A DNA stretch of 63,017 nucleotides, filler included, from Octopus bimaculoides (Eukaryota), in assembly GCF_001194135.2 (NCBI RefSeq). It is 5 parts of 5 records of this genome, joined end to end, with 100 filler letters (N's around TTAATTAATTAA, not from the genome) between each part and the next. Parts side by side here need not be neighbours in the genome. Positions count along the whole stretch, not along the records: positions 1 to 20,919 come from NC_068987.1; 4 more parts are not named here. The stretch is one strand, 5' to 3'. The notes below the pieces were generated by a model. That model searched no databases, was not told where the DNA came from, and saw only the letters and a list, made by a program, of their open reading frames with translations. Shown piece by piece: positions 1-12,700 of this stretch. A program made the position numbers and the translations under genes. Within the stretch, counting starts at the first letter, position 1, and every line of letters starts with the position of its first letter.

Positions 1-45
<45 letters not shown>

Positions 46-601
46 CATGTAGGTAGAGATATATGTGTATATATGTATATGTATGTAAGCCTGTATGCTT
101 CTATATATTTGCGCGCACGTGTATGTGTGTGCGACGTGTATGCATCTTTCTATATTTACATAGACGTATACATTTGGAGAAGTATATATCTATGTGAGAC
201 CATACTATAACGTTTGCATGTATGTTTGATTGCCTCCACCCATTCATATAGCGAGTGAGTGAGTCAGTGTGCTGGAGGCCTCACCTCGAGACATTATATA
301 TATATAAATGTATGTATGTATGTATGTATATGCTTTCTTGTGAGTACTATATGCATATATATTTGTATGCATATATATATATGTATGCATATATATATGT
401 GTATATATATATGTATATATATATATATGGATAGTTAGATATAGTAGTCTGCGCACACGCGCACACTCACACACCCATCGACGCACACAATTTATGTGAG
501 TAAATTAACGTATATCTGGACGATTACGGACTTTAACATATTATAAGAGTAACAGTCTATATTTGTATGTGAATATACCCTTGGCATAAGTCTTTATATA
601 T

Positions 602-652
<51 letters not shown>

Positions 653-1619
653 NNNNNNNNNNNNNNNNNNNNNNNNNNNNNNNNNNNNNNNNNNNNNNNN
701 NNNNNNNNNNNNNNNNNNNNNNNNNNNNNNNNNNNNNNNNNNNNNNNNNNNNNNNNNNNNNNNNNNNNNNNNNNNNNNNNNNNNNNNNNNNNNNNNNNNN
801 NNNNNNNNNNNNNNNNNNNNNNNNNNNNNNNNNNNNNNNNNNNNNNNNNNNNNNNNNNNNNNNNNNNNNNNNNNNNNNNNNNNNNNNNNNNNNNNNNNNN
901 NNNNNNNNNNNNNNNNNNNNNNNNNNNNNNNNNNNNNNNNNNNNNNNNNNNNNNNNNNNNNNNNNNNNNNNNNNNNNNNNNNNNNNNNNNNNNNNNNNNN
1001 NNNNNNNNNNNNNNNNNNNNNNNNNNNNNNNNNNNNNNNNNNNNNNNNNNNNNNNNNNNNNNNNNNNNNNNNNNNNNNNNNNNNNNNNNNNNNNNNNNNN
1101 NNNNNNNNNNNNNNNNNNNNNNNNNNNNNNNNNNNNNNNNNNNNNNNNNNNNNNNNNNNNNNNNNNNNNNNNNNNNNNNNNNNNNNNNNNNNNNNNNNNN
1201 NNNNNNNNNNNNNNNNNNNNNNNNNNNNNNNNNNNNNNNNNNNNNNNNNNNNNNNNNNNNNNNNNNNNNNNNNNNNNNNNNNNNNNNNNNNNNNNNNNNN
1301 NNNNNNNNNNNNNNNNNNNNNNNNNNNNNNNNNNNNNNNNNNNNNNNNNNNNNNNNNNNNNNNNNNNNNNNNNNNNNNNNNNNNNNNNNNNNNNNNNNNN
1401 NNNNNNNNNNNNNNNNNNNNNNNNNNNNNNNNNNNNNNNNNNNNNNNNNNNNNNNNNNNNNNNNNNNNNNNNNNNNNNNNNNNNNNNNNNNNNNNNNNNN
1501 NNNNNNNNNNNNNNNNNNNNNNNNNNNNNNNNNNNNNNNNNNNNNNNNNNNNNNNNNNNNNNNNNNNNNNNNNNNNNNNNNNNNNNNNATATATATATAT
1601 ATATATTTTATATATATAT

Positions 1620-1678
<59 letters not shown>

Positions 1679-1786
1679 TGCACATACATATATATATACA
1701 GATAGAGAGAGATGTGCGTGTGTATGTGTAAGTGTGTGTGTGTGTGTGTTAGAGAGAGAGAGAGTGAGAGAGAGAGAGAGAGAGAA

Positions 1787-1817
<31 letters not shown>

Positions 1818-3058
1818 AAGAGAGATAAAGAGAGAGAGAATAAGTAGAATTTGCAGATGAGTTTAGACCGCTTTTGTTCGTTATTGACGCATCCATCGTA
1901 TGTTTTTACTTTGCCCTGAAACCTGAGCAGCAAAATTGTAAGGCAGCCCCAATGATTGGTTGCCTCCAGGAATAAACCATGGCACGCAAGCTAACATCTA
2001 TTGACTCTATGTAAACTGTCATTGATGCAACCGCTGTGTATTTCTTGTTGGCGGCCATTTTTTTTACTCTCTTCTTGTCTTTTCTCATAGATGTGTATGT
2101 GTGTATACTTGAGTATATGTTTCTCTGTTTTTCAACTTCATCTTTTTGTTGTTCTAGTTCTCGTTGTTGTTCTTGTTGTTGTTGCTGGTGTCCATATATG
2201 TCTTCCTGTTTTCTTTTTGCTTTTACGTTTTTGTTTTTTCGTGTTTTTCTTATTTTTGTTACTCCCCCCCCTCTCTCTCTCTCTCTTTCTGCGTGACCAG
2301 AGAAAGCCAGCGCAGTTAATTACTGCCCTTCATCATGTCTTTAGAGAAACAGCATTAAGTAGTGTGAAGATTATTTTTCCAGATGAAATACTTACTTTTA
2401 AACAGCTCGGTCCCCACTCTGTGTACATCTGTGTCTGTATGTATTGCATGCNNNNNNNNNNNNNNNNNNNNNNNNNNNNNNNNNNNNNNNNNNNNNNNNN
2501 NNNNNNNNNNNNNNNNNNNNNNNNNNNNNNNNNNNNNNNNNNNNNNNNNNNNNNNNNNNNNNNNNNNNNNNNNNNNNNNNNNNNNNNNNNNNNNNNNNNN
2601 NNNNNNNNNNNNNNNNNNNNNNNNNNNNNNNNNNNNNNNNNNNNNNNNNNNNNNNNNNNNNNNNNNNNNNNNNNNNNNNNNNNNNNNNNNNNNNNNNNNN
2701 NNNNNNNNNNNNNNNNNNNNNNNNNNNNNNNNNNNNNNNNNNNNNNNNNNNNNNNNNNNNNNNNNNNNNNNNNNNNNNNNNNNNNNNNNNNNNNNNNNNN
2801 NNNNNNNNNNNNNNNNNNNNNNNNNNNNNNNNNNNNNNNNNNNNNNNNNNNNNNNNNNNNNNNNNNNNNNNNNNNNNNNNNNNNNNNNNNNNNNNNNNNN
2901 NNNNNNNNNNNNNNNNNNNNNNNNNNNNNNNNNNNNNNNNNNNNNNNNNNNNNNNNNNNNNNNNNNNNNNNNNNNNNNNNNNNNNNNNNNNNNNNNNNNN
3001 NNNNNNNNNNNNNNNNNNNNNNNNNNNNNNNNNNNNNNNNNNNNNNNNNNNNNNNNNN

Positions 3059-3106
<48 letters not shown>

Positions 3107-4002
3107 GTATATATATGTGTGTGTGTATGTGTGTGTGTGTTTGTGTGTGTATGATTGTGTGTGTGTGTGTGTACGTATATATATATGCACACGCACATAT
3201 TCATATAGGTACATACATGCACATAATTCTATTCCTGGCTGAAACAATTTAACTCTGCCTACGTCACACTTATGTCATTGCGAAAAGTAATGAACGACAC
3301 AATTCCCATTTCCCCCCATCTGAAGGCAAAATTGCTTTTGCCTAACTAGTTACGGTGCCTCGATGTTCCGGATCCAAAAATCTTCAGAGACCAATCTTAC
3401 ATTCCATTCAGTTTGACGTCACACACTAATGCAAATAAACACAGAAAGAAAGAAAAAACTAAAGCAAATGATAAAATCATTGTTTCTTTCTCTGTATGCA
3501 CGAAAGCGTTCAATAAGCTTAATATTATGGAGGGATGCTAGTGGAAATAAGCTGGCGGATACCCGTCCAAAATAACCACTGAACGTTGTTGTTTATACAT
3601 AATGTTTTATAAAGCGTTGGATCGTATATCTGTTGGAATAAATGCTTAGTTTTTTCCTGTTTTGAGCTTCTGTGTACAGAAATCCCTGTTGAGGTCAGCT
3701 TTGTTGTTCATGGTACAATTACCCGGCCCGGTTTTTTAAATGAAATACTGCGTGGGTCGATCTTATTGACCCTAATTTGGAAAAGATTATTGGATTGTGC
3801 TAATTACTTACATAAGTGGACACACCAACAAACACACAAACACACCTAAATGTATGTATTTATGTATGTTTGTCTGTCTGATCCGAGTTTCTCCCTAGGT
3901 TGAGCTATTCACTACAGTCTTGAACGGCACAGCCTACGGCGAAGTTCAGATTCACCTGTCAATTATTAATTAGAAGTTTAGAACATGGCCAACAATCGTG
4001 GT

Positions 4003-4422
4003 AGGCGGGGGATAAGTCCGTTACATCGACCCCAGTGTTCAGCTGGTACTTATGTTACCGACCCTGAAAGGATGAAAGGCGAAGTCGGCCCCGGTGAAGT
4101 TTGAGCGTAAAAACGGACGAAATTCCGCTAAAAATTTAGCCCGGCGTGGATATCCATTCTACCGGCTGGCCACCCTTATCTTGTAAAACGCTGTTTTCAA
4201 GTATTGACACAAAGCCAGCTATTACGGAGGAGAGTCTTAGTCCATTACCGGTGTAAGGAACTTAGACCTTAATTCTCTGCTGATACTTATTTTTTTAACC
4301 CCGAAAGGGATGAAAGGCAAAATCGACCTTGGCGGAATTTGAACTCTGAACGTAAAGACAGACGAAATGCTGCTAATAATTTTTACTCGGCGTGTTATCG
4401 ATTCTGCCAGCCTGCCACCCTA
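4003..4422 (-). mobile_element. Two adjacent decayed tRNA-derived SINE copies (family A/B, central motif GCCTTTCATCCTTTCGGGGTCGA)
   Basis: Reverse complements of the family seen at 18568 and 61474: head AAGGCGGCGAGCTGGCAGAA-like, B-box-like GAGTTCAAATTCC, same central motif. Copies at about 4003-4178 and 4196-4422. Confidence 0.85.
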
Positions 4423-4543
4423 AGCCTGTAAAATATTGATATAATAAACATATTTAACAACTCTACCTAACGCGTTGAGTTCTATCATTTCGGATAATAT
4501 TTACAATATTTAAAATATATTTTATCATATTGTTAAAGACTTG

Positions 4544-4755
4544 AAGACGGTGAGCTGCCAGAATCGTTAGCTCGCGGGCAAAAATGCTTATTGACTTTTC
4601 ACCCGTCTTCACGTTCTGGGCTCAAATTCCGCCTAGTTCAACTCTTTTACCCTTTCGGGGTTTATAAAATAATTATTAGTCATGTACTGGGGTTGATGTA
4701 ATCAACTAGTCCCCTCCCCACAAATATCATGCCTTGAGCCTATATTAGAAAATAT
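4544..4755 (+). mobile_element. Decayed SINE, family A/B
   Basis: aagacggtgagctgccagaatcgttagc head, ctcaaattccgcc B box, cctttcggggt core, ctggggttgatgtaatcaactagtcccctcccc tail. Confidence 0.8.
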
Positions 4756-4836
4756 TGCATTTTTAGTAAATTTATATTGCAATATGTGTGTGTAAAGATA
4801 ACATTTCTAAAATAGATGGTGAAATTCTGAGAGATT

Positions 4837-4905
4837 GCTTTGGTCCAGTGGTAAAATGCTTACCATCTTTAGGGTAAAGATGGGTTCAATTACCACTGAC
4901 AGCTA
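4837..4905 (+). other. tRNA-like remnant (probable SINE head or tRNA pseudogene)
   Basis: A-box-like TGGTCCAGTGG (4841) and B-box-like GGGTTCAATTAC (about 4882), with an atypical 8-bp hairpin between them. No clean cloverleaf. Confidence 0.35.
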
Positions 4906-5364
4906 TTGACTTTTTCTATCTAAAAGGATTTTTAACCTAATATTTACACGATATTATCTATAGCTTTATCTGCTTCGAGATCCACCGTTCGAATGTTTCA
5001 TTTAAAATGTATTTTACAATGAATATAGCTGTACTTTCAGTACACTATTCACCCATCAGTAAATGCCTTGTTGTTGCTCTTAAATTTGCTTTAAATAATA
5101 ACCTGGATTTAGTATATATATATATATATAAGAAGTGAAAAGAGATCGTGAAATAACCACACGCTGTTTTCATATTCGTTCGTTCGGTTAAGATTGAATG
5201 GGTGTAGAGGTAATTATGCAATACACTTTATATAACAGACATGACCGTAAAATTCTCATCCAAGTCTACATACACGATGTTCGATTTGTCATTCGCACGT
5301 TGTTCAAACAATTGTAAACCATAGAATATATATAATACCAGCTTCTCCATTCTACAATTTGTAC

Positions 5365-5413
<49 letters not shown>

Positions 5414-6109
5414 TTTGTATACGATTCTTATAATTTTATATTATTTGGCTGTTGTTCGCGTGACCTTTGTGTTGGCTTACTCGTCAATCATAACCGTTTG
5501 AACCATTTAAATTTTTTACATGGTATCTTCAAAATGAAATCAAACCACTTGATGTATTTAAAACGCTAACAGCAATTTTCTTCACACGATAACATTTTCA
5601 ACATACAATGATAATAGTATTTAATATCAGTTAACTTTTGCCAAACACAAACGAACTCGTTGAAATTGTCGTTGATGTATTTATGCGTAAGATTTAACAA
5701 ACTTTGCATTCGGAATCTGATATCTGATGATGTCTTCTAGTTTCTCTGTTATAGAATTAATACTATTAAAACATTCGCCTACTTTTTATAAACAATTGGA
5801 CGCTGACTCTGAATTGTATACATGGCGTGCACTCATCACTCCTACCTTACCAAGTAAACCAAAGCAACTACAAAGAGCTTTCACATTCGAAGGAGAGAAA
5901 TTTAAATGGACACGACATGTGGTAGAAATAGCAGCCATATCTCTCAAAGACTAACTTGCTGTCATAGATAAACATAAAATAATGCAATAGACAATATGTC
6001 GTCCTAGATACAAAATACGTAATGATAACTTCAGGAATAGTCTTGATTATTTGTTTGCTCTCGATGAACATATTATCCCGTATATTTTTATTCAGAGATG
6101 TCTAGTAAA

Positions 6110-6141
6110 TATTGGGTTGTCCGGAAAGTTCGTGCCGATTT
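6110..6141 (+). mobile_element. Mariner-type terminal inverted repeat fragment
   Basis: TA-TTGGGTTGTCCGGAAAGTTCGTGCCGATTT resembles mariner TIRs. No partner TIR found. Confidence 0.5.
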
Positions 6142-7011
6142 ATAGTAGCTTAAAAATAAATAAATAAACGCGCCCTTTTAAAGCCTAGCCAATATATATT
6201 TGAACGAAAACATACATTCACTGTGCTCTGAGGTATCTGTCACTTATTTCTAATCCTAAATACTTCGTTCGTGATGTCATTCCCATTTTCTATCATTAAC
6301 TATCTGTAATTATCACTTCTGTCAGTAACTTCATAATAAATCATAACTCATCCTAAATAATTTGTCTACTTATTCTTCCTGATATACAGATTCAAAATAA
6401 ATAATTAATACATACCACTAAGCATTTCGCCGCCTTCAAAACAACGTTCTATCAAAAAATTAATTTTCTATTGGTTTTCGACCAAAGGTTTTTGAATATG
6501 GGGGTCATCGAATGAACGATTGAGCATATATATATGGTCAGTCAATGTGGTAAAATTAGTAGCCAAATTTTTCTCATATCAAATCCTAAACACCTTATAA
6601 CGGAAACGTTAGATAATTGTTTCTCTACCCATAGGAGAAAGACAGGATGGCAATGGATGAAATTACTTTAAATATAAGCTTCGACAACAGGGACGAAATA
6701 CAACAGCAACAATTAATTCTACGTTCGCTACGACTACAACAACTACTATCAGAGGAAACGTTAAGCAGTAAATACTAAGCTTCAAGCGGGTCAAATATGT
6801 GCCATAACATCAGCTTCCGGCTAAGCAATTTCACTTTTAAATCCATCCAGGGGTTTGTTACTCCACTTCAGGATGGCTTTTCAGATGTGTTGAATGGGTC
6901 GTCATACATTTGAAAACTGTTAAAGCTTCACAGGGGAATCAAGGTCTGAATTATCAAACAATACATTAACATCCATGAAATATTTCCCTGAGACACCACC
7001 ACCCCCCGCCC

Positions 7012-7047
<36 letters not shown>

Positions 7048-7216
7048 CTTTCATTGATATATGTTTGGGAGTAAGAGTAATGTTGATATAATGTGTTTAC
7101 ATTGTAGATGTTTGTGATTATCCACATCGCATATGAGATACCTACATATGTATATACATAGAAATATGTGTGTATGTGTGTGCGCATGTGTGCATGTGAG
7201 TGTGCCTGTGTGTCCG

Positions 7217-7269
<53 letters not shown>

Positions 7270-7560
7270 CATATGCATCTATGCATATGTATGAAACTCA
7301 ATCTATCCATCTATGTATCTAGCTATCTGTCTGTCTGTTTGTCTCTCTAACAATCTATCTACCTGTATATATGTATATGTGTGTGTGTGTGTGTGTGTGT
7401 CTGTGTGTCTGTGTGTGTATGTGTGTATATATGCATGCGTATGTGTATGTATGCGTCTGTATATATGTATGTCTGCATATCTATGAATGAGTGTCATTGT
7501 GGAAAATAATCACATCTATGTTATAAGCAAAAACAGTAGATGAAAGTAGCCGAAAAGAAA

Positions 7561-7607
<47 letters not shown>

Positions 7608-8006
7608 TAGCTTATGCGTATGTATGTGTGTATGTGTTTGTGTGCGGATGCGCTATGGCGTGTGCGGTCATTGTTTGAGGGAGGACTAGAAAATAGATAT
7701 CACATGATGAAAGTTGATGAAATTGGAAGAATTGTAGATATTTCTAATCCACAGAAACTAACACGTCCTAAATCTTGTGTCAATAGACAAAGCCATCAAT
7801 TAAATAAACATAGTTTGTTCTTACCATGGGTGTAGTATTTATTTTTGTTGTTGCTGCTGTTGTTTCTGGCCTTGGTGGTAGTGGTAATGGTGGTAGTGAT
7901 GGTGGTGGTGGTGTCGGTGGTGTCGGGGGGGAGGTAGTGGTGTTGGTGGTAGCAGTCATGGTGTTTATGGTGGTGTAACATTAACGTTATTATCATCATT
8001 GTTTAT

Positions 8007-8305
8007 ATTATTATTATTATTGTTCAGTAGTTTTATTTTTATAACGTGCTTTCACTTCACTACCGAGCGCAGCTCTGTGCGCCTTGGGTATGTGCTGTGG
8101 TTTGCTGTGGTGCTTTTATGTTTACTGTATTGAAAGTGTTTTGCGTAGAATGTGTGCAGTACCCAGTAGTGCAATTTTCTGTATGTTACATATATTTGTA
8201 AGTCCTGGTATTTTTGTTATGTATTTGTCTGAGTATTTTTTAATATTATTATTATTATTATTCAGTAGTTTTATTTTTATAACGTGCTTTCACTTCACTA
8301 CCGAG
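8007..8305 (-). mobile_element. Two tandem 3' ends of an R4/Dong-like RLE LINE, each with an (AAT)n tail
   Basis: Minus strand 8241-8122 reads KYSDKYITKIPGLTNICNIQKIALLGTAHILRKTLSIQ*, the typical R4/Dong C-terminus. The 3' UTR and tail (8007-8066) recur at 8245-8305, running into a gap. Confidence 0.8.
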
Positions 8306-9184
8306 NNNNNNNNNNNNNNNNNNNNNNNNNNNNNNNNNNNNNNNNNNNNNNNNNNNNNNNNNNNNNNNNNNNNNNNNNNNNNNNNNNNNNNNNNNNNNNN
8401 NNNNNNNNNNNNNNNNNNNNNNNNNNNNNNNNNNNNNNNNNNNNNNNNNNNNNNNNNNNNNNNNNNNNNNNNNNNNNNNNNNNNNNNNNNNNNNNNNNNN
8501 NNNNNNNNNNNNNNNNNNNNNNNNNNNNNNNNNNNNNNNNNNNNNNNNNNNNNNNNNNNNNNNNNNNNNNNNNNNNNNNNNNNNNNNNNNNNNNNNNNNN
8601 NNNNNNNNNNNNNNNNNNNNNNNNNNNNNNNNNNNNNNNNNNNNNNNNNNNNNNNNNNNNNNNNNNNNNNNNNNNNNNNNNNNNNNNNNNNNNNNNNNNN
8701 NNNNNNNNNNNNNNNNNNNNNNNNNNNNNNNNNNNNNNNNNNNNNNNNNNNNNNNNNNNNNNNNNNNNNNNNNNNNNNNNNNNNNNNNNNNNNNNNNNNN
8801 NNNNNNNNNNNNNNNNNNNNNNNNNNNNNNNNNNNNNNNNNNNNNNNNNNNNNNNNNNNNNNNNNNNNNNNNNNNNNNNNNNNNNNNNNNNNNNNNNNNN
8901 NNNNNNNNNNNNNNNNNNNNNNNNNNNNNNNNNNNNNNNNNNNNNNNNNNNNNNNNNNNNNNNNNNNNNNNNNNNNNNNNNNNNNNNNNNNNNNNNNNNN
9001 NNNNNNNNNNNNNNNNNNNNNNNNNNNNNNNNNNNNNNNNNNNNNNNNNNNNNNNNNNNNNNNNNNNNNNNNNNNNNNNNNNNNNNNNNNNNNNNNNNNN
9101 NNNNNNNNNNNNNNNNTACTGGGTTGATGTAATCGACTCACCCGCACCCCACAAAAGCTGCTCTAGTAGAAAAATTTGAAACCA

Positions 9185-9189
<5 letters not shown>

Positions 9190-9248
<59 letters not shown>

Positions 9249-10065
9249 TATTATTATTATAGATGTCGCACAGTATACAATATCGTGAGGTTGTTGATTG
9301 AAGATATATTATGTCTACCGGGGGTTTGTAGTGTTTGTCAAGCCACAACAAAGACCTCTGACAGACAGTACTTTAAGCAATATGCGTGCAGTTCCAAATA
9401 ATGCCGACTTTTGCAATACACCTAGATTGTAGGATATCTCTAAGGCTTTCAGATGTTTTGTTTTTTTTTCAGATTGGGTGGTATTGAATCCAATGCTCCG
9501 ATGACAATAGGGATAACCTTTATGTTCGACTCTCGTAGCTACCATATCATAGCGACCTCAATTCTCAGGTCTCCATATTTATCAATCTTTTCTCTTTCTT
9601 TCATGATGAGATATTGATCTTCTGGCACTGCTATGTCGGTTATTAGGTACACTTGTTTGTACCTCCTAAAGGTTACTATATCCGGCCTTCGGTGCTCTAA
9701 ACACTTTGTCTGTCTGGCGATCAAAGTCCCAGAGGATATTTGCCTTCCCCTATTTGTCCATTACCTTTTCTGACGCATGTTGGTACAAAGCAGTCGTAAC
9801 CTCATACCCATACTTACGGCATAGTAGCCAGTGGACGTTTCGGGCTACTTTGTCATGTCTACACTTGTACTTTTTCTGCACAAGACTTTCACAAGCACTA
9901 ACAATGTGAGTCACACTTTCGACCCTCTTCCCACACATTCTGCATAGGTCCGATGCACTTGTGTGGTATATATTCATTTTCACTGAGTTGGTATTCAAAG
10001 CTTGACCCTGGGCCCCGATGATTATGCTTTCAGTATTCTCTTTTTTAGGTCACCCTTGTTGTGGA
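9190..10065 (-). mobile_element. 5'-truncated R4/Dong-like LINE (CCHC knuckle + PD-(D/E)xK endonuclease), frameshifted, (AAT)n tail
   Basis: CRMCGKRVESVTHIVSAC, RHDKVARNVHWLLCRKYG, RRPDIV..ITDIAVPED..EREKIDKYGDL, QKSALFGTARIL. Tail at 9190-9260. Confidence 0.92.
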
Positions 10066-11488
10066 GAAAAAATTTGATCAATTTTAGGATGCAAAAGAGA
10101 AAGATCATCTAATAACGTACATCGGAAAAAGTAGGGGTAAAAGGGTAACTAATAACGGCAAACTCCATAACCCATCGTGTCTGGACTCTCACCGGTAATA
10201 CTGCAAAGATAGCGGAAGAAATCGATTTGTTTTCAACACAAAAATCCTATGACAAGATTAAGCACCAAGCAACCGAAGGATCCAGTCCTCCATACACTGC
10301 TGATAGGAAGCCTCGTTCATTACAAAACACCGTATTGTGTTGCGGCAATGGGAAAAAAATGAAGGGTAAAAGACAAACTTCCAGGGACATAAAGTTACCA
10401 TCCGCGCCCGTACACAGATACACATACACAAATACACAAGCATACACACACAGACACACACAAATCCACACAAGCATACACACATACACACACTCACACT
10501 CACACATATACATACGTACTTACCCACCTACATACATACATACATAATTACATACACAATTATGAAAAGCTCAAATTCGTGCTCAGGTGCATATTCACAT
10601 ATCTATCTGGAAGGAATTATACACCCACAGATTCTTTCCTACTATGTATGTATATATATAATTAATATATATATANNNNNNNNNNNNNNNNNNNNNNNNN
10701 NNNNNNNNNNNNNNNNNNNNNNNNNNNNNNNNNNNNNNNNNNNNNNNNNNNNNNNNNNNNNNNNNNNNNNNNNNNNNNNNNNNNNNNNNNNNNNNNNNNN
10801 NNNNNNNNNNNNNNNNNNNNNNNNNNNNNNNNNNNNNNNNNNNNNNNNNNNNNNNNNNNNNNNNNNNNNNNNNNNNNNNNNNNNNNNNNNNNNNNNNNNN
10901 NNNNNNNNNNNNNNNNNNNNNNNNNNNNNNNNNNNNNNNNNNNNNNNNNNNNNNNNNNNNNNNNNNNNNNNNNNNNNNNNNNNNNNNNNNNNNNNNNNNN
11001 NNNNNNNNNNNNNNNNNNNNNNNNNNNNNNNNNNNNNNNNNNNNNNNNNNNNNNNNNNNNNNNNNNNNNNNNNNNNNNNNNNNNNNNNNNNNNNNNNNNN
11101 NNNNNNNNNNNNNNNNNNNNNNNNNNNNNNNNNNNNNNNNNNNNNNNNNNNNNNNNNNNNNNNNNNNNNNNNNNNNNNNNNNNNNNNNNNNNNNNNNNNN
11201 NNNNNNNNNNNNNNNNNNNNNNNNNNNNNNNNNNNNNNNNNNNNNNNNNNNNNNNNNNNNNNNNNNNNNNNNNNNNNNNNNNNNNNNNNNNNNNNNNNNN
11301 NNNNNNNNNNNNNNNNNNNNNNNNNNNNNNATATATATATATAACATATATACATATATACATATATAATATACATAGGCACGCATGCCGACATTCTCAA
11401 AGGTTCTGTAAACCGATTTTGTAATACAGTTTCTGTGGATGCATGGACAATCTTGCCAAATAAATATAGCTACTACTCCAACTACTAT

Positions 11489-11571
<83 letters not shown>

Positions 11572-12529
11572 CCAATACTGCCTTGATGATTATTATTTCC
11601 TCATTTCGTCGATTGATCAGTCTTTAATCAGTAAAATTCCCTCTATTTAGCTTGAATTACTCCCTTGAGTAAATTATGTACATATTCGCAGTGCAGATTA
11701 TGTTTGTCTGTATACCGTTTAAATTATTCAAATAACTGTTAATTAAGTCGGTAATTCGACACAGGAATGCGTTATCTTAAGGGATTAACATTAATTTATC
11801 GTATAATAATTTTGGTATTAGCCATGGTAATTTGATCATATTTTGCTCTTTAGCTTCCAGCAATGGCCATATATATATACAAAGGAAGTTCCTCTCAGTT
11901 TCAAGTAAAAGCCGAAGTCAGAAGAGATATATGACTAGTTCAGTGCAATTTGGTACAAATATCGGTTTTTAGTAGCTTGAATGTCTAGAACCGTATCTGT
12001 CAATATGGAGTATTTTGCATACTTGCGTAGCATCACCTACATTTGCAATGCATTCGAATATCTATCGACCAAATATGAATAATGAATTATATTTCATGTG
12101 TTCGGTAATTTGTCGGTTTAGTTCAGGATCGCAGTATCTTGCAGTAATGGTATCTGCAGCTCTAGTTCATAATATCTCCATCTGTACTTTATGATATCAG
12201 CATATATACTTTATGATATTGACCTTTATGTTTCATAATAACGGCATCTATATATTATGGTATTAGGGCTGGTAGTTTGTGATATCACAGGGCGTAGTTT
12301 TTGGTACCAGAGTGGTTGCTTATGATATTAATGTGTATAGTTCATGGCATTATTATCTATTATTCAGAGTATGTTCGTAACGAATTATATATACATATAT
12401 AAATACATAAAAATAAATATACATATACATATATACACATATATACACATACCTATGTATATGTATACATATATACATATATACGTATCATGTTGCACCG
12501 TTAATCTCTACACATTTGTTTTTCCCTCA

Positions 12530-12700
12530 ATATTTTTTCTTTCATTCTCTCTCCTTTGTTTTCCTCTAAATCCTTCTGACGAAGACCGTAGGCTCATAAC
12601 GTAAAATACTTTTCCATTCTTCCCAGGTATTAAACTAATACACCTGTTTGTTGTTCAAACACCTCTCTTCGTCTTTTGTTTTCTATACAAATTTACATAT
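12530..12700 (+). mobile_element. PLE-terminal-like repeat with degenerate hammerhead motif
   Basis: CTGACGA-A-GACC-gtag-GCTC-ATAAC-GTA at 12576-12603, a decayed CUGAnGA/helix II/GAAAC-GUH layout. Confidence 0.55.

Noticed and set aside
541-3252. Long ORFs spanning N runs (also 8084-9154, 10562-11575, 46848-47802, 52921-53544, 56929-57727)
   Set aside because: They are open only because N codons and microsatellites contain no stops.
3324-3350. 8-bp hairpin followed by CTAGT (Helitron-like 3' end)
   Set aside because: The hairpin is only 2 nt from CTAG and no 5' TC end or second copy was found.
5727-6071. Overlapping short ORFs, one with ERY and a hydrophobic run like GPCR TM3
   Set aside because: The Cys-to-Arg spacing is 17 rather than about 25, frameshifts would be needed, and no other helices are present.
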